Origin: Octopus sinensis
Lineage: Eukaryota
Direction: 5' to 3'
NCBI RefSeq assembly: GCF_006345805.1
Contig: NC_043010.1
Coordinates: forward strand, 67,208,001 to 67,272,000
Length of the DNA stretch: 64,000 nt
The translations under genes and the position numbers were made by a program. Below are positions 34,490 to 47,014 of this stretch, in pieces (the first letter of the stretch is position 1; each line of letters begins with the position of its first letter). The notes under the pieces are model-generated. The model did no database searches and had not been told where the DNA came from. It saw only the letters and a list, made by a program, of their open reading frames with translations.

Positions 34490-34965
34490 CCCTTTAGCAT
34501 TCAAACCAGCCATATCCGGCCAAATTATTTGACTTGTTTTATGTTCAAACTGGCCATATCTGGTCTCTCACACCTACCCCACTATGTCATTCTAAAAAAT
34601 GAATGCTCACATCATCAAAATCTCAACGCTACAAGATAGTGCATGATTAATTCAAAACGAACTCGTCTGGCCCCCGTGTCGGTGGCATGTAAAAAGCACC
34701 ATCCGATCGTGGCCGTTTGCCAGCCTCATCTGGCACCTGTGCAGGTGGCACATAAAAAGCACCCACTACACTCTCGGAGTGGTTGGCGTTAGGAAGGGCA
34801 TCCAGCTGTAGAAACACTGCCAGGTCAGACTGGGCCTGGCGCAGCCTTCTGGCTTCCCAAACCCCAGTTGAACCGTCCAACCCATGCTAGCATGGAAAGC
34901 GGACGTTAAACGATGATGATGATGATACATTTGATAGAAAAATCTGAATGCTACAGAGTTAAGAG
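34490..34965. mobile_element. MITE-B split by a family C retroposon (34660-34925, +)
   Basis: cctttagcattcaaaccagcc... resumes after the (gat)n tail as acatttgatagaaaaatctgaatgctacagag|ttaa. Confidence 0.75.
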
Positions 34966-35402
34966 AGGTGTGGCTGCTATTTCTAGCAAGTAAACCATGA
35001 GTAGGTGGTTGTTGTTATGTTATCAGTGTATGGTTACGTTGCAAGGTCCTTAAACACAGCGTGACCTATTGTTGGTTAATGCTGTTTTTGGTCTCACATC
35101 GTTCGTGCTTAAAGAGATTGTTATGTTGTAGATGTCTTTCTTTGATAAGTAGTGTTTGTAGTGAGTGTATCTGCTTTTGAAAGAAATTAGGTTATTGTGC
35201 CTCCACTGGAAGATGTTTTCAAGGTCTCTCTATACACGGAGGCAGTGAGTATCTAGCATGAGCTGTCTGTGGTGGTGTGGGGGGGGGACCTGGTGAATGA
35301 AGGATGGGTGTTATCTACGAAGGCCTGCGAGTGAGAGGAAAGATAAAGCAAGGACAAGATGGCTTTTATGTATGGAAAGACATCTTGATACCGTTTTTCT
35401 AA

Positions 35403-35913
35403 TTTGACTGCACTGTACCCACCCACAACACCAAATATGGTCACACAACAACCACTCCCTTCCCACCGTTTTTACAACCTGTGACACAGCATCACAGTTG
35501 GCTGGTGCTCAGTGGAGGGAGGGGGGTTAGCAGGGACACGGTTAGGTTTTATTTTACGTACGGAAGGACAAAAGGAACATAAACACACACTCCTCAATCT
35601 CTCTTACAAACTCATACAACCTTTCTCTCTCTCTCTCTCTTTCACACACACACATTGCCTTCTTGTATAAGAGACGCATTAGCAAATCATCTCCGATACC
35701 TTCCAGAACAATGATGTCATTGTGGTAGAATTCAAGAATTGATAAACCTTGAACATTCCTATATTCTTTAATTCTTCCCCACCTGAACTGTGATGGTTAC
35801 TGTTACTGTGTCACAGGTAACGAAGCAGGTGAGTGGGCGGGTGGGGGAACGAAGAAGGGAGTGGCTGTTTTATGGCCATATTTGGTGCTGTGGGTGGGTA
35901 TTCTGCGGTCAAA
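35403..35913. repeat. Region bounded by about 100-bp imperfect inverted repeats
   Basis: tttgactgcactgtacccacccacaacaccaaatatgg..cctgtgacacagcatcacagtt versus aactgtgatg..ctgtgtcacagg..ccatatttggtgctgtgggtgggtattctgcggtcaaa. Confidence 0.7.
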
Positions 35914-36346
35914 CGAGGTAGCTGCATTGAGGCTTGTGAGGCTGCAATACGGTGATGTGCAGTTGCACTAGTGTTGCATGGTTACACTAGACTTGACACG
36001 GTCACACGACAGGGGATGATGTGAAAGTTATATGGGGCAGGGGTAATAATCTGAAGTCGCAAAATGATGCTGTGTGTGTGTATGCATATGGGTGCAGCTA
36101 AGTTGGCTGGTGTGTATAAATGTGGACAGATAAAGATGAATTTCATTGTTGGTTGGCTAAAACCCAAAAATCTATTCCATTAGCCAATGATATCAATTTT
36201 TTTATCTTTTCACACACAGTCATCTAATATCATCATACACACATATATACTTATTTGTTCAACATCACACATACATACTCATACAAATATTATAACACAC
36301 AATCATATATCATCATATGCATACATATTCATACATAAACACACAC

Positions 36347-36404
<58 letters not shown>

Positions 36405-36556
36405 GTGAAGGGAAGAAATGGAGCCGAACGAAGATTCTACAAAATTCCTTTTTATTATTTTCTACACATGTTTCAAAGGCTGCAAATTCCCAAATTCGGA
36501 TTGAATAAGGAGACCATTCTGCATCCGTAACAAGATAATTCATTTATCCATTTCAT

Positions 36557-36595
<39 letters not shown>

Positions 36596-36880
36596 CCTCT
36601 TGACACAAAGCTATCAGATATCACATTTCAGACTTGATCACTTCCACAGAAATGATAAGCTATTTCCCTTCTAATCAGTATTTTTTCTGTTTTTAACAAT
36701 TCCCTCTTTTATCTATATAGAACCAAGCAATACAAACAATCTACCTTCAGTCCAGAATTGCACCCACCATGGATTTCTAACCATAGTTTTACATTTGCAC
36801 CTCTTTCTCACATATGTACATCCCATCCTTTCTCACTCATACACTCACACACATTTTAACACATACACACAGTCTTCATG

Positions 36881-36958
36881 TATAAGAGATGAATTATCAA
36901 ACCATCTGTGACACATTCCAAGTATCAGAGATGGTTTGACAATATTGTATCTCTTATA
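36881..36958 (-). ncRNA. Candidate pri-miRNA-like hairpin (or tiny TA-flanked MITE)
   Basis: On the minus strand: 10-bp basal stem, small internal loop, 21-bp upper stem (18 Watson-Crick, 2 G-U, 1 mismatch) and 7-nt loop. No expression evidence. Confidence 0.3.
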
Positions 36959-37246
36959 AAAATGAAAAAAAAGCCCAAAAAGTTACATTGAATAACATTA
37001 ATTTTTTTCATTCCAGCAAAATTAAAAATAAAAACACTGTATATACATATATATATATATTAACAAAACTGTGCAACGAATGGGAATGTGAAACTCTGAG
37101 TAACAGCTTTTGTTATATTTCTGCTGCTTTTAAATAAAGCATATTACTCTACCTCCGGTATTTGAGTACTCTTTTCTCCACCTTGTTTCACATTTATGTA
37201 CTTACTCCGGTAGACAGACATATATATATATATATATATCTATATA

Positions 37247-37281
<35 letters not shown>

Positions 37282-37765
37282 ATGAGAGCTACTCATAGTT
37301 TCTTGCAATGAAGACATGTGGTTAGGCAGGTTTTTACAATGAGCTTTGTGTCTCCAAGCAATCTTCAGAGATTGAAGATTGCTTGGAGACACAAGGCACG
37401 TTATAAAAACCTGCCTAACCACATGTCTTCATAGCATGGAAGTATTAGCTGCTCCCATCTTTATTCTGTGCAGTACATTAAATGACGTTTATTTCTCACT
37501 GGATGGAGTACTTTTTTTGTTGATCCTACCTTAATGGAACAGTAAACTATGCATATATACATATACATATATATTTATCACTGATGAAGGCCTGCTTATA
37601 GGGTTACCCTGGGTTTCTGGCCATAAAGCGATACCCAATAAACTGGCCTTCACCAGATAAAAATATAGACTGCTCTACTACTCAGAGTGTGCTTCTTTAT
37701 GTTTTGCTAAAAAAAAAATGACATATATATAGATATATATATTTATACACACACACACACGCGTG

Positions 37766-37801
<36 letters not shown>

Positions 37802-38004
37802 CTTTCATATAATAATAATAATTATTATTATTATTATTATTTCAATTTTTTTGCTACAGGGGCAGCTTAGGGAAGGTAGGGGGATGGGTTAATTACATCA
37901 ACCCCAGTGTTCAACTGGTACTTATTTTTATCAACCCCGAAAGGATGAAAGGCAAAGTCAACCTCGGTGCAATTTGAACTCAGAACACAGCGACAGGCGA
38001 AAAC

Positions 38005-38061
<57 letters not shown>

Positions 38062-38080
38062 TAATCCTTTCTACTATTAT

Positions 38081-38303
38081 GCCCACGGGCTTATGGCGTA
38101 GTGGTTAAGAGCGCGGGCTACTAACCCCAAGATTTCGAGTTTGATTCCAGGCAGTGACCTGAATAATAACATCGAAAAATACCTGATGAAGGCTGGAGGG
38201 TATATCAGCCGAAACATTGCGTTAACAGCGAACAAGACGAGGACAAATATCTGTCGAATGTAAATAATGTAAATAATTCCTCGTCTCTTAAATATAGAAC
38301 TGT
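38081..38303 (+). mobile_element. Retroposon family E with internal deletion
   Basis: A-box tggcgtagtgg, B-box gagtttgattcc, then ctgatgaaggctggagggtatatcagccgaaac. tattat flanks both sides. Confidence 0.8.
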
Positions 38304-39066
38304 ATTATTAAGCACAAGTCCTGAAATTTGTGGTGGTGGTGGTGGTGGTGGGGTACTAGTCAATTGTATCAACACCAGTGTTTCACTGGTACTTGATTTA
38401 TCAACCCCAAAAGGAAGAATGGCAAAGTTGACCTCAGCGGAATTTGAACTCAGAACATGTAGACAGATGAAATGCCGCTAAGCATTTTGCCTGGTGAGCT
38501 AACGATTCTGCCAGCTTGCCACCATAATAATAATAATAATAACAATAATAATTCTTTCACATTTTGGCAGAAGACTAGGGTAGGGAGGGAGGTTTATTGA
38601 TTACACAGACCTGGTACTTGACTTGTACTCTATTTCATCAACCCTGAAATGGTGAAAGGCAACAATCAGCCTTAGCAGTATTGGAACTCAGAATGTATCA
38701 AACCAGAAGATAAGCCACTGAGCATTTTCGCCAACGTGCTACTGATTTGGTCCACTCACCACCTCAATAATAACAATAATAATCCTTTCTACTACAGGCA
38801 GATGCCGGAAATCAATTACATTGACCCCAGTATACAACTGGTACTTATTTTATCGATCCTGAAAAGATGACAGACAAAGTTGACCTCAGAATGTAAAGAC
38901 ATACAAAATGCCGCTAACGATTCTGCCAGCTCACTGCCTTAAATAACAATGACAATAATAATAATTAATAATAGTGGTGAATGGCAGAATTGGTAGAGCA
39001 TTATACCAGATAACTTGTGGTATTTAATTGTGCCCCTTTATGTTCAGAGTTCAAATATGGTTGTGG

Positions 39067-39895
39067 TTAACCCTTTTGTTACCAACCTGGCTGTATTATT
39101 AGGCACAAGGCCTGAAATTTGTGGTGGAGTGGGGTACAAGTCAATTGTATCGACAGCAGTGTTTCACTGGTACTTGATTTATCAACCGCAAAAGGATGAA
39201 TGGCAAAGTTGACCTCGACGGAATTTGAACTCAGAACATGCAGACAGCTCTGGCTCTGTGTACAAATGTCTTGTTTTCAGAAGTTTTGAATTAAAATCTT
39301 CCACCAAACCTTAGTCACAATTTATGTTCTAACACTCGAATGATAACTAAGTTATTCACTAAAGTTATATTTAAAATTAATGAGAGAAACAGAGAACATC
39401 TCAAAATAAATACAGTAATGAAAGGGTTAAAATATATATGAAACAATCTTAACCCTTGTGATACCAACCGCTGAAAATCTGGCTCTGAATACAAATGTCT
39501 TGTTTTCATAAGTTTTTAAAATTAAACTTATAATTATGTTCCTAACACTAGTGAATGATAACTAAGTTATTTACTTATTCTTTATATTAAAATTAATGAA
39601 AGAAACAGAGAACATCTCAAAATAAATACCGTAATGAAAGGGTAAAATATATAATAGAGAAACAATTCTTAACCCTTTTGATACCAACCTGGCTGAAACC
39701 ACCTCTGGCTCTGAGTACAAATGTCTTCTTTTCATAAGTTTTGAATAAAAATCTTTCACCAGACTTTAGTCACAATTTATGTTCCTAACACTAGCTGAAT
39801 TAGCTAAGTTAGTTTACTAAATTCTTTGTTATATTTAAAATTAATTGAAAGAAATACAGAACATCTCAAAATTAATACAGTAATGAAAGAGTTAA
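39067..39895. mobile_element. Tandem trimer of MITE-A; first unit interrupted by a locally templated insert
   Basis: Three ttaa-ccctt starts (39067, about 39448, 39669). Spacer aatatataatagagaaacaattc at 39646-39668. Confidence 0.8.
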
Positions 39896-41239
39896 ACTTA
39901 ACTACTCAGGTTGATTTGACTACACAATTCCCAAAAAATCTTTGGTCTTGTACTTATGTTAATAATAATAATAATAATAATAATGATAATAATCCTTTCT
40001 ACTATAGGCACAAGGCCTGGATTTTTGTGGGGAGGGGGCAATCGAGCACATCAATCCCAGTAATTGTACTTAATTTATTGACCCAAGATACCTTCATCAG
40101 GTATCTTAGGGAAATTTTGAACCTGGGTTCTCATTCCTAAGGCATTTTTCAATGTTGTTATTATTATTCAGGTCACTGCCTGGAATTAAACTCGGAATCT
40201 TGGGGTTTGTAGCCTGCGCTCTTAACCACTTCACTATATGCCCATGGGCATAATAGTAGAAAGAGTTATTATTATTCCACCAATATCAGTGGAATTTGAA
40301 CTCAGAACGTAGCAACAGGCAAAATATCACTGAGTATTTCACCTGGCATGCTACCAATTCTGCCAGCTTGCCACCCTAATAATAATAATAATAATAATAA
40401 TCCTTTCTACTATAGGCACAAGGCCTGAAATTTAAGGGAGGGGTGTAGTTGATTACATTGACCCTAGTGTGAAACTGGTCAGAAGACCAGTAATTCCGAA
40501 GGAGGGGCTAAGTCAATTAAATTGACCATAGTGTTCAATGGGTACTTATAAACCCCAAAAGGATGAAAGACAAAGTTGACCTCCACGGAATTTGAACTCA
40601 GAACATAAAGATGAATGAAATGTCGCTAAACATTTAGCCTGATGTGCTAACGATTCCGCCAGCTCGCCACTAATTGTTTCTAATTTAGACACACAACTTG
40701 AAGATTTTTCTGAGGAATGGGTAGGATTAATCCCTACCATTGACTCTCCTCGACTCCTAAATACCTGACTAATGCAATTTTTATTGACACCTTAAAGGGG
40801 TGAACAGCACTGACTTCAATGGTATTTGAACTCAGAACCTAAAGGTCGGTGACTAAATGTCACATGACATTTGGATTCATGTTCTATTGCTTCCGCTAAT
40901 TTGCCTCTTTAATGATAATAATTATTATCATTAAATGAGCTAGCCGGACAAAATATTTAGCAGCATTCTTCCAGCTTCAGTTTTGCCTTTCATCAATAAG
41001 TACCTGTTGAATACTGGGGTTGATGTAATTAGCATACCAGCCTCTCCTAAAATTGCTGGCTTTGCACCAAAATTTGAAACCATTATTATTATTATTATTA
41101 TCATTATTATTATTAGTCAAGACGAAGAGCGTGATTCGATTGTAAGATATTTTATTAGTTGAACGATATTTCAACAGTACGTCTGTCTTTGTTAAGTTCA
41201 AAATAAGATGTGATAAGAATTCAAAATTACAGAAATTTA

Positions 41240-41777
41240 AATGTAAAATGTGTCTAAATTATTATTATCATTATTATATTATTATTATTATTATTATATT
41301 ATTATTATTATTATTATTATTATATTATTATTATTATATTATTATTATTATTATTATATAATTTTTATTATTATTATATTATTTTTATTATTTGACTGCG
41401 GCCATGCTGGAGCACCACCTTTAGTCGAGCAAATCGACCCCGGGACTTATTCTTTGTAAGCCCAGTACTTATTCTATCAGTCTCTTTTGCCGAACCGCTA
41501 AGTGACGGGGACGTAAACACACCAGCATCGGTTGTCAAGCAATGCTAGGGGGACAAACACAGACACACACACACATACATATATATATATACATATATAC
41601 AACAGGCTTCTTTCAGTTTCCGTCTACCAAATCCACTCACAAGGCATTGGTCGGCCCGGGGCTATAGCAGAAGACACTTGCCAAAGATGCCACGCAAGCT
41701 ACTTACCACACAGCCACTCCTGCGCCTATTATTATATATTATTATTATTACTATCATTATTATTATTATTATTACTA

Positions 41778-41816
<39 letters not shown>

Positions 41817-41857
41817 TATTATTATTATTATATTATTTTTATTATTATTATATTATT

Positions 41858-41888
<31 letters not shown>

Positions 41889-41960
41889 TATTATTATCAT
41901 TATTATTATTATATTATTATTATTATTATTATAATTATTATTATTATTATTTGGGTAAAT
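41240..41960. repeat. (ATT)n-type microsatellite arrays flanking a young SINE B (41391-41720, -)
   Basis: Direct reading. The I/Y/L-rich ORFs here are artefacts. Confidence 0.9.
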
Positions 41961-42042
41961 GGGGCTAGTTAATAATATCTACTCCAGTGTCCAGCTGGTT
42001 CTTAATTTATTGACCCTGAAAGGATGAAAGATGAAATTGACC

Positions 42043-42084
<42 letters not shown>

Positions 42085-43025
42085 GGCAGCAGGCTGGAAA
42101 GAACCATTAGCATGCCAGACAAAATACTTAAGGGTATTTTGTCCATGTTCACATTCCGAGTTCAAATGCCATCAAGGTCGACTTGCCTTTCATGCTTTTG
42201 GGATCCGTAAAATAAGTACCAGTTGAGTGTTGGGGTCGATATAACCGACTATACCCCACCACCAAATTTTCAGGACCTGTGCTTATAGTAGAAAGAATTA
42301 TTATTACTATTATTATCATTATTATCATCATGAAGGACCACAAGGTGGTAGAATTGTTAGCACATCAGACGAAATGCTTAGTAGTATTTTGTCTGTCTTC
42401 ATGCTCTGAGTTCAAATTCCAACTGGGTCAAATTTGCCTTTCAACTTTTCGGGGTCAATAAATCAAGTACCAGTTAAGTACAGGGGTCAATGTAATCGAC
42501 TTAACCCCTCTCTCAAATTTCAGGCCTTGTGCCTATAGTAGAAAGATTTACTATAATTACTATTATTATCATTAAGGACCATGAGCTGGCAGACTCATTA
42601 GCATGCTGGGCAAAACGCTTAGCGATATTTCATCTGCCACTACGTTCTGAGTTCAAATTACCCTGGGGTCACCATTACCTTTCACCTTTTCGGGGTCGAT
42701 TAAATAAGTACCAGTTATCCACAGGGGTCGATGTAATTGGCTTAATCCTTTCCCCAAATTGGAGACCTTGTATTTCCAGTAGAAAGTATCATTAATTATC
42801 ATTATTGTGAAGATGACGAATTGGCAGAATCGTTAGCACGCCAAGCAAAATGCACAGTGGCATTTCATCCGTTTATATATACGTTCTGAGTTCAAATTCC
42901 ACCAAGGTCGACTTTGCCTTTCGTCTTTTCGAGGTTGATAAATTAAGTACCAGTTACGCACTGGGGATCAATGTAGTCAACTAGCCCCCCTCCCCTCACA
43001 ATTTCAGGCATTTTGCCTATAATAG
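42085..43025 (+). mobile_element. Four head-to-tail SINE A copies (short-tail subfamily)
   Basis: Heads at about 42085, 42335, 42575 and 42815, each ending ..tagtagaaag(a/g)attatt. Confidence 0.85.
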
Positions 43026-43029
43026 AAAG

Positions 43030-43310
43030 GAATATTATTATTATTATGATTATTGTTATTATTATGATTATTGTTATTATTATTATATTATTATTATTAT
43101 TGTTATTATTATTATGATTATTGTTATTATCATTATTGTTGTTATTATCATTATTATCATTATTATTATCATTATTATTATTATTATCATTATTATTGTC
43201 ATTATTATTATTATTGTCATTATCATTATTATTATCATTATTATTGTTATGATTATTATTATTATGATTATTGTTAATTTTATTGTTATTATTATTATTT
43301 TTATTATTTT
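43030..43310. repeat. (ATT/ATC/GTT)n microsatellite
   Basis: Direct reading. Confidence 0.9.
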
Positions 43311-44041
43311 GGACTAATCCCTGCGTTAGTTTTTCTGCTGGGAAGACATACTTAAGTGAATTAATGCCAGTATATCACGGGTTTCATATTTCTTGACACT
43401 TGGAAGATAAAAAGAAAAGTCGTCTCTAATAAGAATTGAACTTGGAACAATGAGGTACATCAGGCATGTACAATGACTTTCTAATGGTTGCTTCAAAGCA
43501 ACCATTGATTGCTACTACGCAGTTGCTTGACCTGTTAGAGCTAGCAGTCAAATCTCCCACTCAGCAGTGGATAACTCAGACCTTGATATACTATGTCTAA
43601 CCAAAAAAAAAAAAATAATAAAATAAAAAGGATAGATAGGATGGTCACCACTGGAACAGTTTTCATCATGGTTTTGATCTGTCACAACTGACCAGGGCAA
43701 TGAGGTAGGCTCTATACAGTTATTAAACCTGCAAGAAATAGCAACCAAATCTCCCTCAAATCACTATAGTAGTCCTAGATGCATTGTGTGGAAAAACAAA
43801 AGGAGAAGTTGATTGGCTTCGGATGTGATGGCTTTTGTCATCCGTAAGCCAACATCAAGGCTGACCACCACCAACAACAACAACAGCCATTGTCTTTGTG
43901 TTAATAAACTGATTTGTTTGTCCAGGCACAAAACCATTTCATCAGAATTGGAATAATGTCTATGAAATCCACCAACCAGAATAAGGCTGGTGTTCAATAA
44001 CAAAATACAACAAAAATAATATTTGACAAATTTTATTTATT

Positions 44042-44414
44042 TACTAGCAGTATCGCCCGGCGTTGCTCGGGTTTGTAAGGGAAATAACTATAAAGCATTT
44101 TTAGAGAGTTATAGCCAAAAAATAGCAAAAAATGGAAAAAAAATGATGGTAAATTTTTTTTTTAGTTAAAAAGGTTGAGTCGCATCCCCTAGACAGTCTG
44201 TGGTTTGTGTTTCTGATTCTCGACCCCATGTCGAATTTATCGATTTTTTTCAGAACTGGGGGAACTTTTCAAAATTTTCGCTGCATTAGTTTTGAATTAT
44301 GACATTGGGCTATGTGTGTGTCAAGTTTCATCAGAATCGGTTGAAAGCCGTGGTCAGGGTGAGGGTACAACCTGACAGACACACAGACAAACTGTCGTTT
44401 ATATATAGAGAGAT
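44042..44414 (+). mobile_element. Helentron-associated non-autonomous element (HINE/DINE-1-like)
   Basis: 5' actagc..gcccggcgttgctcggg stem-loop; 3' caagtttcatcagaatcgg..acagacacacagacaaac..tttatatatagagagat; T-rich target. Confidence 0.7.
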
Positions 44415-45383
44415 TTCGTTTTGGGTTTTGGTTTGCAAGATTCTTTATACGTGTTCGTGTGTTGAAGCATATTCTGTTGTGTCTGGGGAGAGTCATTTTC
44501 TTTTTGTGCCTTATATTCTAATACACTCACTGGTAAAATTTCCTCTTATTTTTATTTTTATTTTCCTATTTATTTATTTAGTCATTTATTATTTTATTAG
44601 ACCACCCAATTTAATTGCACAGGTGTATTTCTGAAGGAAAAAAACAAAAAGGTAAACAAAAAAAGGGGGGTGGGATTATGATGACTGTGGAACTTGGTAG
44701 GGCTCCTGGCCTTGCTAACTCCTGTCGAACCGTCCAGCCCATGCCAGCAGGGAAAAACGGACGTTAAATGATAATGATGATGAAGAAATTATAATACATT
44801 TTTAAGGTCATTAGAAATAGAAGTGAAAATGATCTCAACTAGAAAATGGGTCCCACCCCCCAGGACTACTATGGACATATTTATCCACAACTAGTAAAAT
44901 TAAGGTGGTTTTCAATCTCTTTTTTTTTTATTGAGCTTGTGAAACAATGATAAAGAGAGAATTAAATGGATGCAAGATGTGTTTTGTCTGCTCAGATTGG
45001 CAGAATTGTCAGCACATCGGAAAAATGGTTTGCAGTATTTATTTCGGTTCTTTACATCCTGAGTTCAAATCTTGGTGTAGTCAAATTTGCCTTCCATCCT
45101 TCTCAAGGAGGACGGGGTCCTTAAAATAAAGGAACTGTTAAGAACAAGGGTTAATGTAAATAATTAAACTTCCTCCTCCTCTTAAAAACTGTTGCATTTG
45201 TGCCTAAAATAATTTTAAAAAACCTTTATAAGGGGCTGGGAGTAGGGCAGAAGCTTTTACTAACATTTTGAAGGAGCAAAGATTGGAAGTCATTAGTCTG
45301 AGAAGAGAAACCCCTGGTTTGAAGGAAGAAAGCAAAGCAGATGACACTTTTCAAGGCCCACGTGATTAAAAGGATAGAAGGAA

Positions 45384-45917
45384 GGACATTGTCCTCATGT
45401 AGAAAGAGGCCTGTTCCTAGGATATTGTCCTCATGTAGAAAGAGGGCTGCTCCGAGGATATTGTCCTCATGTAGAAAGAGGGCTACTCCGAGGATATTGT
45501 CCTCATGTGGAAAGAGGGCTGCTCCTAGGATATTGTCCTCATGTAGAAAGAGGGCTGATCCTAGGATATTGTCTCCATGCAGAAAGAGGGCTGCTCCTAG
45601 GATATTGTCCTCATGTAGAAAGAGGGCTGATCCTAGGATATTGTCTCCATGCAGAAAGAGGGCTGCTCCTAGGATATTGCCCTCATGTAGAAAGAGGGCT
45701 GCTCCTAGGATATTGTCCTCATGTTGAAAGAGGGCTGCTCCTAGGATATTGTCCTCATGTTGAAAGAGAGCTGCTCCTAGGATATTGTCCTCGTGTAGAA
45801 AGAGGGCTGCTCCGAGGATATTGTCCTCATGTTGAAAGAGGGTTGCTCCCAGGATATTGTCCTCATGTAGAAAGAGGGTTGCTCCTAGGATATTGTCCTC
45901 ATGTTGAAAGAGGGCTG
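45384..45917 (+). repeat. 36-bp minisatellite, 15 units
   Basis: ggatattgtcctcatgtagaaagagggctgctccta at 45384+36n. Units 5-8 form a duplicated 72-bp dimer. Confidence 0.95.
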
Positions 45918-46119
45918 GTTCAAAGGCTTAAGTGGCTTCTGTTAAAATCACTCATGGGTTGATGGTGAGGGTTAGGCCAAGTGACAGGTCCTTAATTACA
46001 CTTGGACAAATTATTAAATACTTGTCTGCGAGCACACACACAAATTATTAATTGTTGAACAAAAAGATTATCAGACTGGACTGGAAAAGGTATAACACTG
46101 CAAACCCATGACATAAAGC

Positions 46120-46670
46120 TTACAATGACGACGATTACGATGGTGGTGATGATGATGACGGAGAGGAGAAGCAGTAGGAGGGTGATGATGATAATGATAA
46201 TGAAGGCTGGTGGTAGCAAGAATGGCAATGATGGTATTGGTGGTGGTTGACAATTACGATGGTGATGATGATGGTGGTGATGAGGCGGAAGAGGATGATG
46301 ATGGTAGTGGTGGTGATAATGTCAAGACACTGATGATAAAAAGGTGGTGATGATGATTATGATGATGTTGACAGTAGTGATGATGATAATTGAGATGATA
46401 TGGTAATAATCATGAAGATGGTGGTTGTGGAGGTGGCAATGAGAAACAGTGGTAACAGCAGTCATCATGATGATGATGGTGATGATGCGGTGGTAATGGT
46501 AAGATAATGATGGTAGCAGTGATGAGATAGTGCTGATGATGATGACGATGATGTTTTTTATGTTGACGATGATGTTGAGTATGACGGCGTTGACGATGAT
46601 GTTGAGTATGACGGCGTTGACGATGATGTTGAATATGACGGCGTTGACGATGATGATGATGACGGTCAAT
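46120..46670. repeat. Degenerate (GAT/GGT)n tract with a 27-bp unit x3
   Basis: gttgacgatgatgttgagtatgacggc repeated at about 46563-46650. Confidence 0.85.
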
Positions 46671-46974
46671 TTCAAAATGCGGATGGTGAATATATTCGGT
46701 TAGACATGATAAAGAAAAGATTGCATATTGAGCTATTGTAGTATGCTTTAGTGTACGGATAAATTAGATATTCAATTAGGACTGTAGGGCATTATAGATT
46801 TTTAATTAGTCCAAGAGATAATAATTATTGGGGAGTGATATAGATATTTAATTACCACCAATTTATAACGAATGGCAGTACGTTGTTACTGAACAGTCAG
46901 GGAAAGATGTAGAGACATTAAATTCAATAAAGAGGTGGATGAGGAGTATGGGGAGTTGTTAGAGAATACAAATA

Positions 46975-47014
<40 letters not shown>

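Larger units (their letters stand above)
37850..40680 (-). mobile_element. Cluster of about 7 minus-strand SINE A copies interleaved with (AAT)n, family E and MITE-A
   Basis: Repeated ggcacaag..ctggtactt..ggcaaagttgacc..gaactcaga blocks. Confidence 0.8.

Noticed and set aside
38081-38160. tRNA gene
   Set aside because: It has A/B boxes but no complete cloverleaf and is fused to a repeat body. The same applies to all SINE heads in the window.
41532-43317. ORFs rich in I, Y and L (also the H/T, C/V, R/E and M/T-rich ORFs elsewhere)
   Set aside because: They are translations of (ATT)n, (CA)n, (GA)n and (GAT)n microsatellites.
45384-45917. CRISPR array (36-bp repeat length)
   Set aside because: The units are contiguous with no unique spacers, there are no cas genes, and the DNA is eukaryotic.
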